Origin: Cetorhinus maximus
Lineage: Eukaryota
NCBI RefSeq assembly: GCF_964194155.1
Contig: NC_135909.1
Location: 19,840,001-19,904,000, forward strand
Direction: 5' to 3'
DNA: 64,000 nucleotides
Position 1 is the stretch's first letter. Every line of letters starts with the position of its first letter. Below the pieces are notes generated by a model that had not been told where the DNA came from, did not search any database, and saw only the letters and a program-made list of their open reading frames with translations. Made by a program: the position numbers and the translations under genes. Below, piece by piece: positions 27,703 through 40,550 of this stretch.

Positions 27703-28044
27703 ACAGAGCGGAGGGAATTAACATGAACTGTTGGTGTTGCAGATTCCGGTCAATGTGAGGAAGTAGTGATGGGATTTGACAGGGTCGGCATAGAGTTGTA
27801 ACTATTAAATCCAATAAAAAAATCAATATAACTTATTTCTCATGGAATCTGTAGAATGTGGAACTTGTTGTCATCTTTAGCAGTTAAATCAATGAGCACA
27901 GCTGTATTTAAGGGAAAGCTAGGTAGTACAGGAGGGAGAATGGATTTCATGGACCAGCAGATAATGGTACATGAAGTATTCTGGGTGGAGCACTTTGTGG
28001 AATAATATACCAATTAGACCAGATGGCCCAATGAAATATATTCT

Positions 28045-28255
28045 GGGTAGAATGAATACCAATTTCCAAAGTGTCTCAGAGACTGACAGATACATAATGA
28101 ATCTTACACTCATAGTGCACCACAGACAGCAACACAGAGTGAATCATACACTCACACACATCCCTAGAGACTGACAGATACATAATGAATCAGACACTCA
28201 AATTCTTTGCCAGAGGTATAGTGAGACAGAGTGAATCCTACACTTAAATACATAC
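28045..28255. repeat. ~46-nt repeat array
   Basis: GACTGACAGATACATAATGAAT at 28081 and 28169. Confidence 0.7.
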
Positions 28256-28259
28256 ACGC

Positions 28260-28775
28260 TTAGAATAGTTACAGCAAAACAACAGGCCATTCAGCCCTTC
28301 ATGTCCGTGGTCTTTCTGCACCAGAGCCACTCAGTTACTTTTGAACCCCAGCCCTCTCACCACAGCCTGGCAAACCTTTTCCCTTCAGGTGCTTATCCAA
28401 TTCCCTCTTAACAACCCCAAATTCTCCTGTCTTTAGCATACTCTCAGGCAGTGAATTGCAGATCCTAATGGTTTCCTACATTAAAAAAAAATCCTGATGC
28501 CTCCATTAGTACTTTTGCCAACCACCATAAATCGATGCCTACTGCCCACAGGATCATTTTATTGTTATCTACACTGTCTAGAACACTTACTATTTCGAAC
28601 ACTTCTACCAAATCTCCTCACAGCTTTCTCTTTTCGAAGGAGAGTAACCACAGCTTATTCAATCTATCCATGTAACTAAAGCCCTCATCATTACAAACAT
28701 TCTTGTAAACCCTTTCTGCACTCTTCATAAAACCTTCACGTATTTCCAAAGGTTTGGTGCAGAAAATTAGACTAA
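28260..28775 (-). mobile_element. CR1-like 3' fragment
   Basis: Tail ACAGGCCATTCAGCCC; decayed ORF2 GFSYMDRLNKLWLLSFEKRKL. Confidence 0.7.
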
Positions 28776-29863
28776 TGCTAGTGACTGTGTGACATCTTTC
28801 TGTATCTGTGCAAGGGAGCCTGTATCTGTCTGATCTCACTTGGTGTGGGAGGAGTTGTAAGGATCAGGGTATGAACTGTCTGCACAGGCAGCCCTTTTCC
28901 ATAGGCACACATGTATGTTAGAGACCGACATGTACACCTCATATCCGACACAGACACAGTGCAAGGGCCAGGCAGATATAAAATTTATCCCACAGTAACA
29001 ACCAATAATACAATGGAAATATAAAAGCAAAATATTCTGGATGCTGGAAATCTGAAATAAACACAGGAAATGCTGGAAATACATAGCAGATCTGGAAGTA
29101 CCAGTGGCTTCAGGTCATGACACTTTGTTGGAACTGGGAACGGTGAGAAATGTGACAGATTTATGTAGAAATTGTCACTTAGGAATACAGAACTTGAGTA
29201 TTCCTGAAAAAAAGAGACATGGTGTCGATTTCGTTTGTCTTTCCCTCTTCAGTGTTAACAGTATCCAAATCAGTTGGTGAAGCCGAAAGCAAGACACAGA
29301 GTTTGTATTTATCGAGAGATTTTATTTACTTGTTTAGTCTCACAGCTCTGCTGCTTCACAGCCCTATTTCCCAGCTATCCCCTATGTATATGTGCTTAAC
29401 CACAAATAATACTTTATTTTCTTAAGCTAAGTAATGTAATTGATATTATGTTAACAAACCTTAAATAACTCATTGAGAATACATTAACTTACAGAGCAGA
29501 TATAATTATACCAAATCTCAAAGGGAACAAAAACTTATACTGTATGAGAACGGGGTGCTGATTGGTTGACAAGTATTTGCTGATTGGTAGAGGGGTTGCC
29601 ATGGGAATGCAACAGGGAAGAGTTAACTGACAAGCTTTTGTCTTATTTCAAACAGCCAAGTCGACTCTGATTGCTCCAGGCATTTCCCTGGGAAGGAATC
29701 AGGGAATGATTGTCCACCAAGCTTTTCTTCAGTTGCACGAAGGGCAATGCGTGGACATGTCCATTTTGGTTGCCAAGGTAGTGGCCTGTGTGTGAAGAAA
29801 TGTATCCCCGAGCATGTGTAAGTGAGGCACACAGCGAGCTCGACAGATAATCTTCAATAGGTT

Positions 29864-30770
29864 ATTAGGAACTATGTACAATTTTTAATGAGTGTTTGCA
29901 TATGTATATATATATATTATATATATATATATATATATAATGTGTATAGATAGATACATGTGTGTGTATTTTTTGTGTCAGAAATGTAGAGTCGTTCCAG
30001 TTTCACAAGTTTTTTTTTCATTTCGCCTTGGGACTTCGAAGCCTGGGTGGATCCCTGGCTGACAGGCAAGTAAAGGGGTTAGATGTTTAGTGATTTTGGG
30101 GAAAAAAGAAACACACAATAGAAAAAAAAACTAGGCTGCTGCCTACCGACAGTGTTCAAGTGACACAGAGACAGAGAAAGACAGGGACGAGTTCAATGTG
30201 CATCAAAGAGTTAAGCAGGGATGTTTTAGGCTCTTGAGAAGAGAAAATTACAAGGCTAACGGGACAGTAGTTAACTGTAGAGTCAGTTATATGAATCATT
30301 GTTGTGATCAGTTCAGTGGTGTTGCTACTGAAACAGTGAGTATAAAGTGCAGTTATTTTGGGTGAGATAAGTCTTGGTTGATGAGGATCAAGTGAATGCT
30401 CAAGAATTCACCTCAAGAAAACAGTTTGCACGTGTGCCAGCCCCAAGAAAGAAGCCTTTGTGACAAGCCCGTGGTAACTCTTCACTGGTTTATCCATCTG
30501 TAAAGATATTGCTGGGCAAAGGAATATCGGGAAATTGAATCACCTTCTTTTGTTTGTATTGAGATCTTTCTGACTGTTTTGTCCGGTTAATGTAGTCTGT
30601 TTTTCTTGTTTTGATCAATATTTTATTCTTTGTGTTCAAAGTTCATGAGCAAATACCTGTGAATTTCTTCAGAATCTTTTCTCACATCCTACACATGTTG
30701 GGTTCTATCAAGCCAGGTTTCACTCTGGGAACTGACTTATCCAGTTTTACCATCAGCCGGGATCGTAACA
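29864..30770 (+). mobile_element. Probable solo LTR
   Basis: ~900-bp non-coding insert splitting the Penelope relic; ends GATCGTAACA; contains a (TA)n tract. Confidence 0.55.
29900..29950. repeat. (TA)n microsatellite
   Basis: Directly visible. Confidence 0.95.
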
Positions 30771-32289
30771 GTTGTTACTATAATTCTTAGCACAATCGGG
30801 ATTGATCAGTAAGTATTGTCCTTCTGTGAAATCACACCCAATGTTGGGTACTATGTTCTGAGCTTTTCAAGCAGGATCTTGGTGAGTATGCTCAGTACTT
30901 TGCCTGTTGTGAAGAGCTGAAGGCCTAAGCTGTTTGGTATGATCCAACAGTCATTGGGGCAAATGGCCACAGACCTCACATCACACTGACACTGAAATTC
31001 ATATACAACATTAGTTATTTGTGTTGTTGGAAGAACATATGTTTAGTCTTGACGGCAGCATCCTGTTAGTGGAGAATGTCACTCGTGTTGCTACTGCATA
31101 GTAGCATTGTGAAACGGGTAGCTTTATTAGTTGTTCACGTTTTTCAGATACCGTAACCATTCCAGGGTTATGTCAGGTAGACTGGCCACTCTTCAGAACA
31201 GACTTTTCAGAACGGGCTTAGACCCATTGATGAGTTTGTGTGATAGGCAGTGAGCAATCATTTGATCGATGGAGCCATTATTCTGCAAGATAGCTTTGAA
31301 GTGCCTGATTTTGGCATCATGTTTCATGATTAGCAAATGGCCTGGTCCCTACCTATCAGTTTGCCGACAAGACTTATCTTATACCGCATGGAACTGTGGG
31401 AATCCCAACAGTGGCGGTGGGCTAGCAGGAGACAGTAGTAGAGAACGCATTGGCAGATTTCTCAAGTAGTACATTGAGGAAAGGGGGCTCGTTTGACTGG
31501 TAAATTTCAATGAGAATAGAGCAGGTTAGAGCCCATTAAGGTGTCATAGGAATGTTTTACATGTAGCTGCAGATGCAGATATAGAAAACACGTAATTTGT
31601 GTATCAGAAAAAGGAAAGGGATAGGATTTTAGGGGTCATTTCATTGAAGATACGTTTCTCGTGGAAATGGGCAAAGATGTTTACAACAGCTGGGCCTAGA
31701 GGGTGTCCCATGGCAACATTATCTCTTTGGGCATACACGGTGTCATTAAAAGTGAAATGAACTTCATGAGTTACTGAGTTCATATGTTCATTGAATACAG
31801 ATTCAGACAATGGCAGTGAGACTTGATCATCATGAAATAATGACATGGTGCATGTGTGAAGGGCTTCCTTGAGTGGTACATTAATCAAGAGGCTAGCAAA
31901 GTCAAACAGGCAACAAGCGCATGCGCACGCCATTGCTATCGATATGCAAGTCCTGTATGGGCTTGACAAAGGAGAAGAATCCCTTCACCGTGTATGTGGA
32001 AAACTCGCTCAGAACTGTTTGTAGCAACTCACTCAGCCATTTGGCCAATTCATGTTGTGAAGAATCAGTCAGAGATGAGATAGGATGTAAAGGGACATCA
32101 CTTTTCTGAGTCTTTGGCAACCCATGTATACGTGCACACAGTGAACCATGAGGGCAAACCCTACCCTATACTCCACCAGGCAGTTCATTACTCCACACTA
32201 TCATTCCGCAATTGGACAACACTTAATAAACAATCCCAATTGTGCTAAGGATTACACTTGCAGTGTGAATTAGGGAACACAGTTTATTA

Positions 32290-32565
32290 AATAATGGGTC
32301 CCCTATTTACGATGGAGATGAGGAGTAATTTGTTTTCAGTGGATCATTGGCCTTTGAATTATCTTCCCCAGAGAGCAGTGCAGGCTCGATAATTGAACAT
32401 ATTCAAGGCTGAGTTGCACATATTCTACGAGGGAGTCAAGGGTTGTGGGAGACAGGCAGGAAAGTGGGGTTGAGGGCACAATCAGATCAGCCATGATCGT
32501 GTTTAATGGCAGAATAGGCTCGAAGGGCTGAATGACCTGCAGCTGCTCAAATCTCTAATGTTCTT
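32290..32565 (+). mobile_element. CR1-like 3' end fragment
   Basis: CCCAGAGAGCAGTG...ATCAGCCATGATC...GAAGGGCTGAATG tail. Confidence 0.7.
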
Positions 32566-34034
32566 CAGACTGTAACTTCTGTCCCCATTTTTACTCCTTT
32601 TTTTCACATTTGGTTTTAACCTCATTCTTCTGTTGCATTTGCTTTCGGGTGGCAGCTGCTCCTCATTTTTCCATTCGCACCTCTTTTTGACACATCTCAG
32701 TTTTTTGTTACTTGTTCCTTCACCTCTGCCTTTTGCCGTGCAGCACCAATTCTTTCGTCATTTAATCTCTCCTGCCATGTAGAGCTTCAGCCATCCCCTC
32801 TGTCTCCACAGCCTCCCTTTCAGTGACTGTCCATTTGTTGGTAATAGCCTTCAGTGTTACCTTGTGTTACCTGCTAATCTTTTCTCTGCTGTTCAAGTTT
32901 ACTTTTTGAGCTCTCCTCTGTACTTCCTGTTTTCTGCTTGGTTCCCTAATTTATTATGAATCTGACATCTATCATCAGCCTGTTTTTGGATTTCCAACAG
33001 AGCACAGGATGTGTAGTCAACAGCTCTCAGCTGTCCCAATATTACACTGAAATGAGCTGCCTGTTTAATTAAAGTTTTCGTTATTTAGAATGTTCTGCTC
33101 CTTCCTGATTGTATCTTTGCTGTTGTCTCTCGGTTTAATTTACACAGCAGCTCATTCCCCTCTGCACCTAATCTCCACTTTCAACAAATCCACATTATAA
33201 ACTCTTCACTCTGCAATTTTCTGTGTTTGAGCTCCCAGGTCAATTGAGTTCTTGGTTGTAATTTCATTGTCCCACTTAATTTACCTGAAAGCAACGTTTG
33301 TGTTTGAATTATCAACTTATTTGTACTGTAATTATAATTTATATGAATTCCATCTTGCAACAAACTGGAAGTTTTCAAATTAAAATCTAGAGATGACTGA
33401 CTTGTTGTGCAAAGACCTGTCTATTCCACTCAGTTGAATAAATCCTGTCCTGAACAGAATGCTTTATCCAGGCAATATCTCTACTTGATGAACTGATGGT
33501 GCACGGAACTCTCAGCTTTTACTCATTGATCTTCACAGGAGTTGATCCAGTTTTGTTGTCAACTTGTTTGCTGGTGTCGATATACTCGGATTCTTCGCCT
33601 GATTTCTCTCCTGTCCAAGGAAGCTCTCCGAGCGGAGTTCTCAATAATAACTTGACATTTCCTCACAGGATTTCAGTCTAAATGATTTTTGAACTATTTT
33701 ATGAAAGGATTTAGTTTTGTGCATGTCTCCCTAGCTCTCCTCATGGTTAGGCAGAAAGTGTTACTGCTGTGTTGGCAAGTAGACGACAGATTTATTTGAA
33801 AAGTCATTGTGACAGGATTTTGGGTTTGAATCAAATCACAAACCTGGTGGTGATGCATTGCGGCCCCACCTGTCACGTGACCTGCCAGGGGATGACCTCA
33901 TAATTGCCCCAGTCCTGTAGCTGTGGATTGGGCGATTTGTAAAAAAAACTTTCAGTGGGGCTGATGTGGTCGCATTTGGCTTTGAAAGATAAGTGTATGT
34001 CCCCAAAACCCGTGCCAGAATTTGTGTGTAACAA

Positions 34035-34270
34035 AGAAGGTTGACACTCCAGTACAGTACTGAGGGAGGGCTGCACTATTGTAGGTGCAGCCCTTAAATA
34101 ATGATGATAAACCAAGGCCCAACCTCTTATTTTATCATAAGTGATCCCATTGCGCTGTGCTGTAGACACACAAGCAGTGGAGTTATGCCCCCGAGCACTC
34201 AATCATCATCCCAAAGCATGTTCACATTGTTGTTTGTGGGTGTTTCCTGTGCAGAAATTGGCTGCCCCTT
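34035..34270 (+). mobile_element. Deu-domain SINE-like relic
   Basis: GACACTCCAGTACAGTACTGAGGGAG...CACATTGTTGTTTGTGGG...AAATTGGCTGCC; related copy at ~59920-60185. Confidence 0.55.
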
Positions 34271-34487
34271 TCTGACAGAAAGTGTCTGTTCATTTTTCCT
34301 GAATCAGTTTCAGTTTTGCTTCAGAAAACATGAAATCTGACTTCAAACTCAACTCAGGTGGGACTCAAAATGACATGAAATCCATCAGCAATAACGGGTA
34401 CAGGCGTTAATTGATCAGAGTGTGTGAAGGACTGTTATGACGTTGCAGAAGATATGGACCAAATCCAAGAGGGATAGTTGGTCGTGT

Positions 34488-35324
34488 TGTCACAAGGGTT
34501 TTACATTTGTATTTATTACGAGATGTGTGCACTGAATTCAGAAGCAACATGCCTGCCAGGACATTTAGAAATTAAAAAAAAAAATTAATTAATATCTTAT
34601 TAAAAATAAACATGTCAAGCACATACATAAGACTACAAATAGCGCTATAATAACTCCTCAAGTTACTAATTAAACTGGCCCCCTCAGTTACACGCCCTTT
34701 AAGGTTCAAAATAGATTTTAGAATTAAAGCAGACTCAGCAAGTTAACACTGTACCCTGGACAATGGAATGCCTTATGGCTTTTCTCCAACTCCCGTTTAG
34801 TTACATAGCAGACTAACGCAAAAATGCTGGAGGCTTCATTGAGGCCATTTCACACACTCCTGTTAGATCTTACATGGCCTTTTTCAACATAACCTTTCAT
34901 TCTCCTTTATATATGTTCCTCTCTTCTTAATATGTAAATTCTATAGACCCAGCTCTCGATGAAATTGTATCATCTTCACAATATAAAAAACTCCCATGTC
35001 GCCACTATTTCCAGTAACCTTTGGGAAAAATCAACATGTTCCTTAGCCTTGCTTATCTGACTAGTTGTATACAGACTGAGATACCGTTGAAATCCAAATA
35101 TCCCTTCAATTATGTAAAATTGCAAATTCCCTTCACACTTTACATGCTAATCCAGGTTCCATGTTTACTCATTAGCATGTCAAGCACCCAGCTTCTTTTG
35201 ATAAGTTAAACATGACTCCAAATGTAATTACATTACACACAGACAGACCCAGCTATACTTACCCCATAAAATTACTTCGCAATAAACCAGAAAATTATTA
35301 TGAAACTGTTATACTTGCTTGACA
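34488..35324. mobile_element. Possible solo LTR
   Basis: TGTCA...TGACA termini around ~840 bp of non-coding sequence; no clear TSD. Confidence 0.4.
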
Positions 35325-36229
35325 GGAACTAATGCTTTCTGTGTAAAGCATTGATTTCAATAAGTAAATAAACTCAGTGTACCACTCCAGGCTAATCCTG
35401 AGCAATAACTAGTGGCAGGTTTTTAAAGCGATGAAAGATTTCCCAGCGCTATTAAAGGAGCACAGTGATTTCTCTTGCTGCCCTGACCAACATCCCTGAC
35501 TCAATAACACCACCAAAAAGAGCTGCACACGGAGAACTAACGGAAGGGTCAAAGTTTAATATAGAAAACCATACCCATTCCAGATTTCCAAAAGGACACA
35601 TTGATCTTCAGAAAACATTCTTCATCAACTCCAATATCTGATCAGTGAGAAACAGGTGTCTCCACCCGCTTGGCTTCATTATGTGCGGAAATTGGAATTG
35701 TCTTGTTTCACAAGCTCATGAAAGTACCTGGGAGCAGTTTACTGTATTTCAATGAGAAATTGTCATCTGATATTTAAAAAATTAACACAGAAAATGTTTG
35801 TAACATGGAGCAGGTTTGTTCATCACAGGATTAATACAAGCTCAATTCTCCTTCCAATGAATGAGGCATGTCGACATTGAGAGAATATTAACAGAGAGGA
35901 AAACAATTGCTTTCTAATTCTGCTCCCCTGCTGACTATTCCCAAAATCACCATGGAAATGGGGCAATAGACCGATTTCAATTTCCAAATGCTGATCAAAG
36001 GATTGGCAGCTGGTAAAATGTGGGAAATGCAGGTTGGAGAGGATAATTTTCTTCCTGCAGGATTTCTTGGGAGACGAGTTGTGTGTGGAACTGTAGCTCA
36101 GCACTAGAGATTGTCAATGTTGAGAGAATAATAGGACCAACAAGTGATGACACTTCATTTCAGTTCCTTCCAGATTTAGTTTTTCTTTATGAATTCGTGG
36201 TGGAGGAACAAAAGTAAAGTAATCTTCCC

Positions 36230-37000
36230 CCAAGTTTGTCCTACCATTTAATGAACTCATGACTGGTCTGTCTTTTTGTTCCATTTATCCCTCTTTGTTT
36301 CGTAATCCTTAAAACACTTAACAAACAAGAGCTATCGATTTCAGTTTGGAACTTTTCGGTTGACCCCCAGCGTTTACAGTTGTTTGGGGGAGGGAGTTTC
36401 TACCATCCTTTGTGTAAAGACGTACTTCCTGAAATTACCTTTGAAAGGCTTCATTCTAATTTAAAGGTTAAGCCCCCTTGTTGAGGGCACCACCCCCACA
36501 CCCGGCCCCCGCCTCCCGTCGCACCAGAGGTAACAGTTTCTTTCTATCTACCCTGTCAAATCATTCAAGCACCATAAACATCTCAGTTGGATCACCCCTT
36601 AGTCTCTGATATTCACGGCATTACAATACTAGTATTTACAATCTGTCCTCGTCATTTGAATCTGGTATCACTCTGATGAAATTCTGCTGCCCCCACTCCA
36701 AGGCCAATCTAACATCCCTCAGGTCAGTTGTCAGGAACAGAACGCATTGATCTAAACAGGGTTTTATACACCTGTAATATGATTCCCAATATTTCGTATT
36801 CTATTACTCTTAGATATTATTTTTATCTTCCAGTTCACGAGCTTTTAATGATGTCTGTTCATCTCTCTCGGCTCCTCCACAGTTTTGAGAATCTCACCAC
36901 AAAAATAAACAACCTTTTCTATATATTATAGGTTTAATTAGATGGCCCTTCACTTTAAAGCTCATTTGCTAAAACTTGCTCACTCACTGAACTTATCAAG
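36230..37000 (-). mobile_element. Degenerate CR1-like fragment
   Basis: TATCTACCCTGTCAA, CCACTCCAAGGCCAAT motifs typical of antisense CR1 ORF2. Confidence 0.55.
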
Positions 37001-37231
37001 AAAATGTCAAACTAAATGTGTTCCGCAAGGACAATGTTATTTTTTTCTGCTCCATCGCCATTAACTTTTCCAGCTGCTCTTTCAGCCACTGTAAATCTGA
37101 AGAATGAAAGGGAAGGAAAAGTCCTGCTCCCTTTCCTGAATCCTATTTGTTCATCAATCCAATAAAACCTAGATAAAGAACTGTAATAGCTCAATATCAA
37201 TTTTGATTAAGTCTGAAATATTCCATTAAAA

Positions 37232-37995
37232 AAAATCATTCTAGGTATTTGGACTTCGCTGGTTTGGACAACAATTATTGCCCATCCCTAATTGCCCTTG
37301 AGAACGTGGTGGTGACCTGCCTTCTTGAACCTCTGCAGTCCATGTGGTGTAGGTACGTCCACAGTGCTGTCAGGAAGGGAGTTCAAGGACTTTTACCAGC
37401 GACATTGAAGGAACAGCGATATATTTCCAATTCATGGCTTGAAGGGGAATTTCCAGGTGGTGGTGTTCCCATCTATCTGCTGACCTTGCCGTTCTATATT
37501 GTAGTGGTCCAGGGTCTGGATGGTGCCGTCGAAGGAGCCTTGGTGAGTTCCTGCAGTACACCTTGAACATGGTACACACTGCTGCTACTGTGCGTCGGCG
37601 GTGGAGGGAATGAATGTTTTTGGATGCGGTCTCCATCATGCGAGCTGCTTTGCCTTGGATGTTGTAAAGCTTCTTGGGTGGTGTCGGAGCTGCACTCATC
37701 CAGGCAAGCGGGGAGCATTCAATCACACTCCTGACTTGTGCCCTGTAGATGGTGGAAAGGCTTTGGGGAGCCTGGACGTGAGTTACTCATCGCACAATCC
37801 CTGGCCGCTGACCTGCTATTGTAGCCATAATGTTTATATGGGTATTCCAGTTCAGGTTCTTGTCAATGGTAACTCCCAGGATGTTGATAGTGGGGGATTC
37901 AGCGATGGTAATGCCATTGAACATCAAGGTAATAGTTGGATTCTTACTTCTTGGAGATGATTATTGCCTGACACTTGTGAGGTGCAAATGTTACT
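37232..37995 (-). mobile_element. CR1/L2-group LINE 3' fragment
   Basis: PLAWMSAAPT..IQGKAAR..HSLHRRRTVAAVCTMFK; tail TTGCCCATCCCTAATTGCCCTTGAGAA. Confidence 0.8.
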
Positions 37996-38107
37996 TGAAA
38001 CTTGTCACCTCCATTGTGACACTGATAACCATCCGATTCCAGGCCTTTTTTTATGCAAAACCTACTCAAACAGGAAGAAGCAATGGACTAAAAATATCCA
38101 ATAACTT

Positions 38108-38170
38108 GATTCGAACCCACGTGTGAAAAGCACAATGGTTTCATAATCCCTCATCTTAACATCCCCTCAG
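38108..38170 (-). pseudogene. Degenerate tRNA-Ser(GCT)-derived pseudogene
   Basis: GATTCGAACCCACGTGTGAAAAGCACAATGG...CTTAAC matches the reverse complement of Ser-GCT (GATTCGAACCCACGCGTGCAGAGCACAATGG...CTTAAC); anticodon arm and acceptor stem decayed. Confidence 0.6.
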
Positions 38171-39459
38171 AGCCGATCCTAGCTTTAAGTCATGATCTCG
38201 TATCCTTTTTTCCAGCCATGAAGAGTTGGCAAGAAGGTTCTGAAAGTGCAGCCAGGTGTGCAATGTTGGAAATGTGGCTCCAGTAAAAATAAAATCTATC
38301 ACGTCAAGTCAGGAACTGTTTGGAATGGAGCAGTGTGAAACATTTACCACGATTTATTTTTTATCTAATCATTGGTTTTCAAACATTCCATCAATGGGAA
38401 AAATATTGCTTAATGTGTATAAGAAATGAATACCTGGGCTGATACTAAATATATTGGCTAACCTTAAATATCTGTACTAAATCTCGCCTTAACATTCTCT
38501 CTGATAAGAGCATCTCCAGTTTGTATTTTTCAGTCCATCCACATACTGAATCCCTCACCACTGATCCCATTCCAGAAAATTTCCACTGCATGCTCTCCAA
38601 GGATTGGTGTTCTTCCTAAAGGTTTTTCCAAGCCCTCACCAAGATCTTATATTCCACATTACAACGTGATACCCATCCAATTCTTTGAATCCTATCTATC
38701 CGCGTTATTTTTATAAACTTAGCTAATGATTCCTTATAGATGGAGACAAGCTTCCTTCAACAATAATCTCCTTAAAGATTTGGAAAAATGACCTTCCAAT
38801 CTCCAATGAATAAATCCTAATGAAATTCTCCAGTCAGCCCATGAACAGCCCGCCCCCTTCATTCCACTTATTGTTGCTTTTATTTTCACTGATCCTACTT
38901 CTTCAGCACAAATGCTTCGCTCCTCTCCTTTAAATCCTCTTCAATAAGAGGGCACAAATCCTCCATCGACAATTTGCAATTGACTTCTTTAACATATAAC
39001 TCGTGATAAAGAAGAGATACGAGAAGGTCTGGCTGTGCTAAATGTTGATAAGTCAGTGGGAGATGGAATGCATCTGAAAATGCTGAGGGCTGTAATAGTG
39101 GAAACTGTGGAGGTATTGGACTGAATCTTCTGAATTTTATTTATTTTTTTTACAGCTACAAATCACTTTGTTACTCCAGGATGCAGAAGTGAATAAAAGT
39201 GAATCAGTGTTGAACAGATTCTGACATCCCACATCTCCATTTTATTTTACATGGAGCAACTTATCCTCAGTGTAAGTGTGTCACTCTAAGAATGAGATCA
39301 CCACGTCCTGGGAATATAGCAGCAATCCCGCCAAGGTCTGATCTGCAACCTTGAAACTCAGTGAAAGGTTGTCTCCCTCCCCTCCGAATCTCATTGCCAC
39401 CTCAAGCCCAACATTCAGCTTGGGTGGGCAAACAAAACAACCTGATTCCCCACGTCCTC

Positions 39460-39830
39460 CAACGCAAACTGAACTCCAGAGGTGAGGTGAAAGTGACTGC
39501 CCTTGACATCAAGGCTGCATTTGACTATGTGGCATTATTGATCCCCAGCAAAACTGGAGACAATGGGAATCGGGGGCGGGGGGTGGGGAGCTCTCTGCTG
39601 GTTGGAGTCATACCCAGCACAAAGAAAGATGATTGTGGTTGTGGAGATCAATCATCCCAGTTCCATGACATCACTGCAGGAGTTCCTCGGTATGGTGTCC
39701 TAGGCCCAACCATCTTCAGCTGCTTCACTATTGACCTTCCTTCCAGCAGAATTGGGAATGTTCGCTGATGATTGCTCAATGTTCGGCACGATTTTCAACA
39801 CCTCCGATACTGAAGCAGCCCATGACCAAA
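39460..39830 (+). mobile_element. CR1/L2-group RT fragment
   Basis: ALDIKAAFD, AGVPRYGVLGPTIFSCF and MFADD across frameshifts. Confidence 0.85.
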
Positions 39831-39849
39831 TCATCACCCACCCTCTGTC

Positions 39850-40370
39850 CAGAAGACTCGGGACTGCAAAGAACTCTAAGAAATCTCCTCTCAAATTTCT
39901 CGTCTCCAAGGTAAATAACCCCTACCGCTACAATGTATCGAGGTAATTTAAGTTCCCTCGCCGCGAAATATTCTCGTGAAACGTTACTGCTTCCTCTCCA
40001 ATGCCTTCACATCTTTCCTAAAGTGTGATGCCCGGAACTGGGCGCAATACTCCAGCTGTGGCCGAAATACTCTTTTCCAAGTTCAAAACAACCGCTTTGC
40101 TCTTGTAATCTATGCTCCCATTCATAAAGCCAAGGGTATTATATGATTCATAAACTATTCTTTCAACCTGCACTGCCTCCATCAATGATTTATGCAGGTG
40201 TACATCATTTCCCGCTGTTCCGGCACCGTCGTTGGAATTGTAAACTTTATTTTGTCTTTTCTCCCCGTGTTCTTCCGACCAAAATGAATCACTTCACCCT
40301 TCTCTGCAAAAAAATTCAGCCGCCCTATTTTCCAATGTGAATATGTCCTTTTGAAGGAAATTGCTCTTTC
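39850..40370 (-). mobile_element. CR1-like ORF2 fragment
   Basis: FFAEKGEVIHFGRKN. Confidence 0.7.
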
Positions 40371-40550
40371 ACTCGAATTTCTATCGCTCTTTTCACAACC
40401 ACAGGACGTCCAAAACACTTCACAGGCAATGAGTGCTCTTGAAATGTCGTCATTGTTCAAATGGAGGAAATTGCTGACCGTTTGAACGTTTTGTTCTTCA
40501 ATGTCAGAAATTCCCTTATCTGGAATAGGAAATTACCACATCATGTGTTG

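Larger units (their letters stand above)
29500..32250 (-). mobile_element. Decayed Penelope-like retroelement (RT and GIY-YIG region), interrupted by a solo LTR
   Basis: PKTQKSDVPLHPISS..QHELAKWL; FDFASLLINVPL; FTFNDTVYAQRDNVAMGHPLGP; short inverted copy of the 3' region at ~32215-32245 versus ~30787-30821. Confidence 0.8.
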
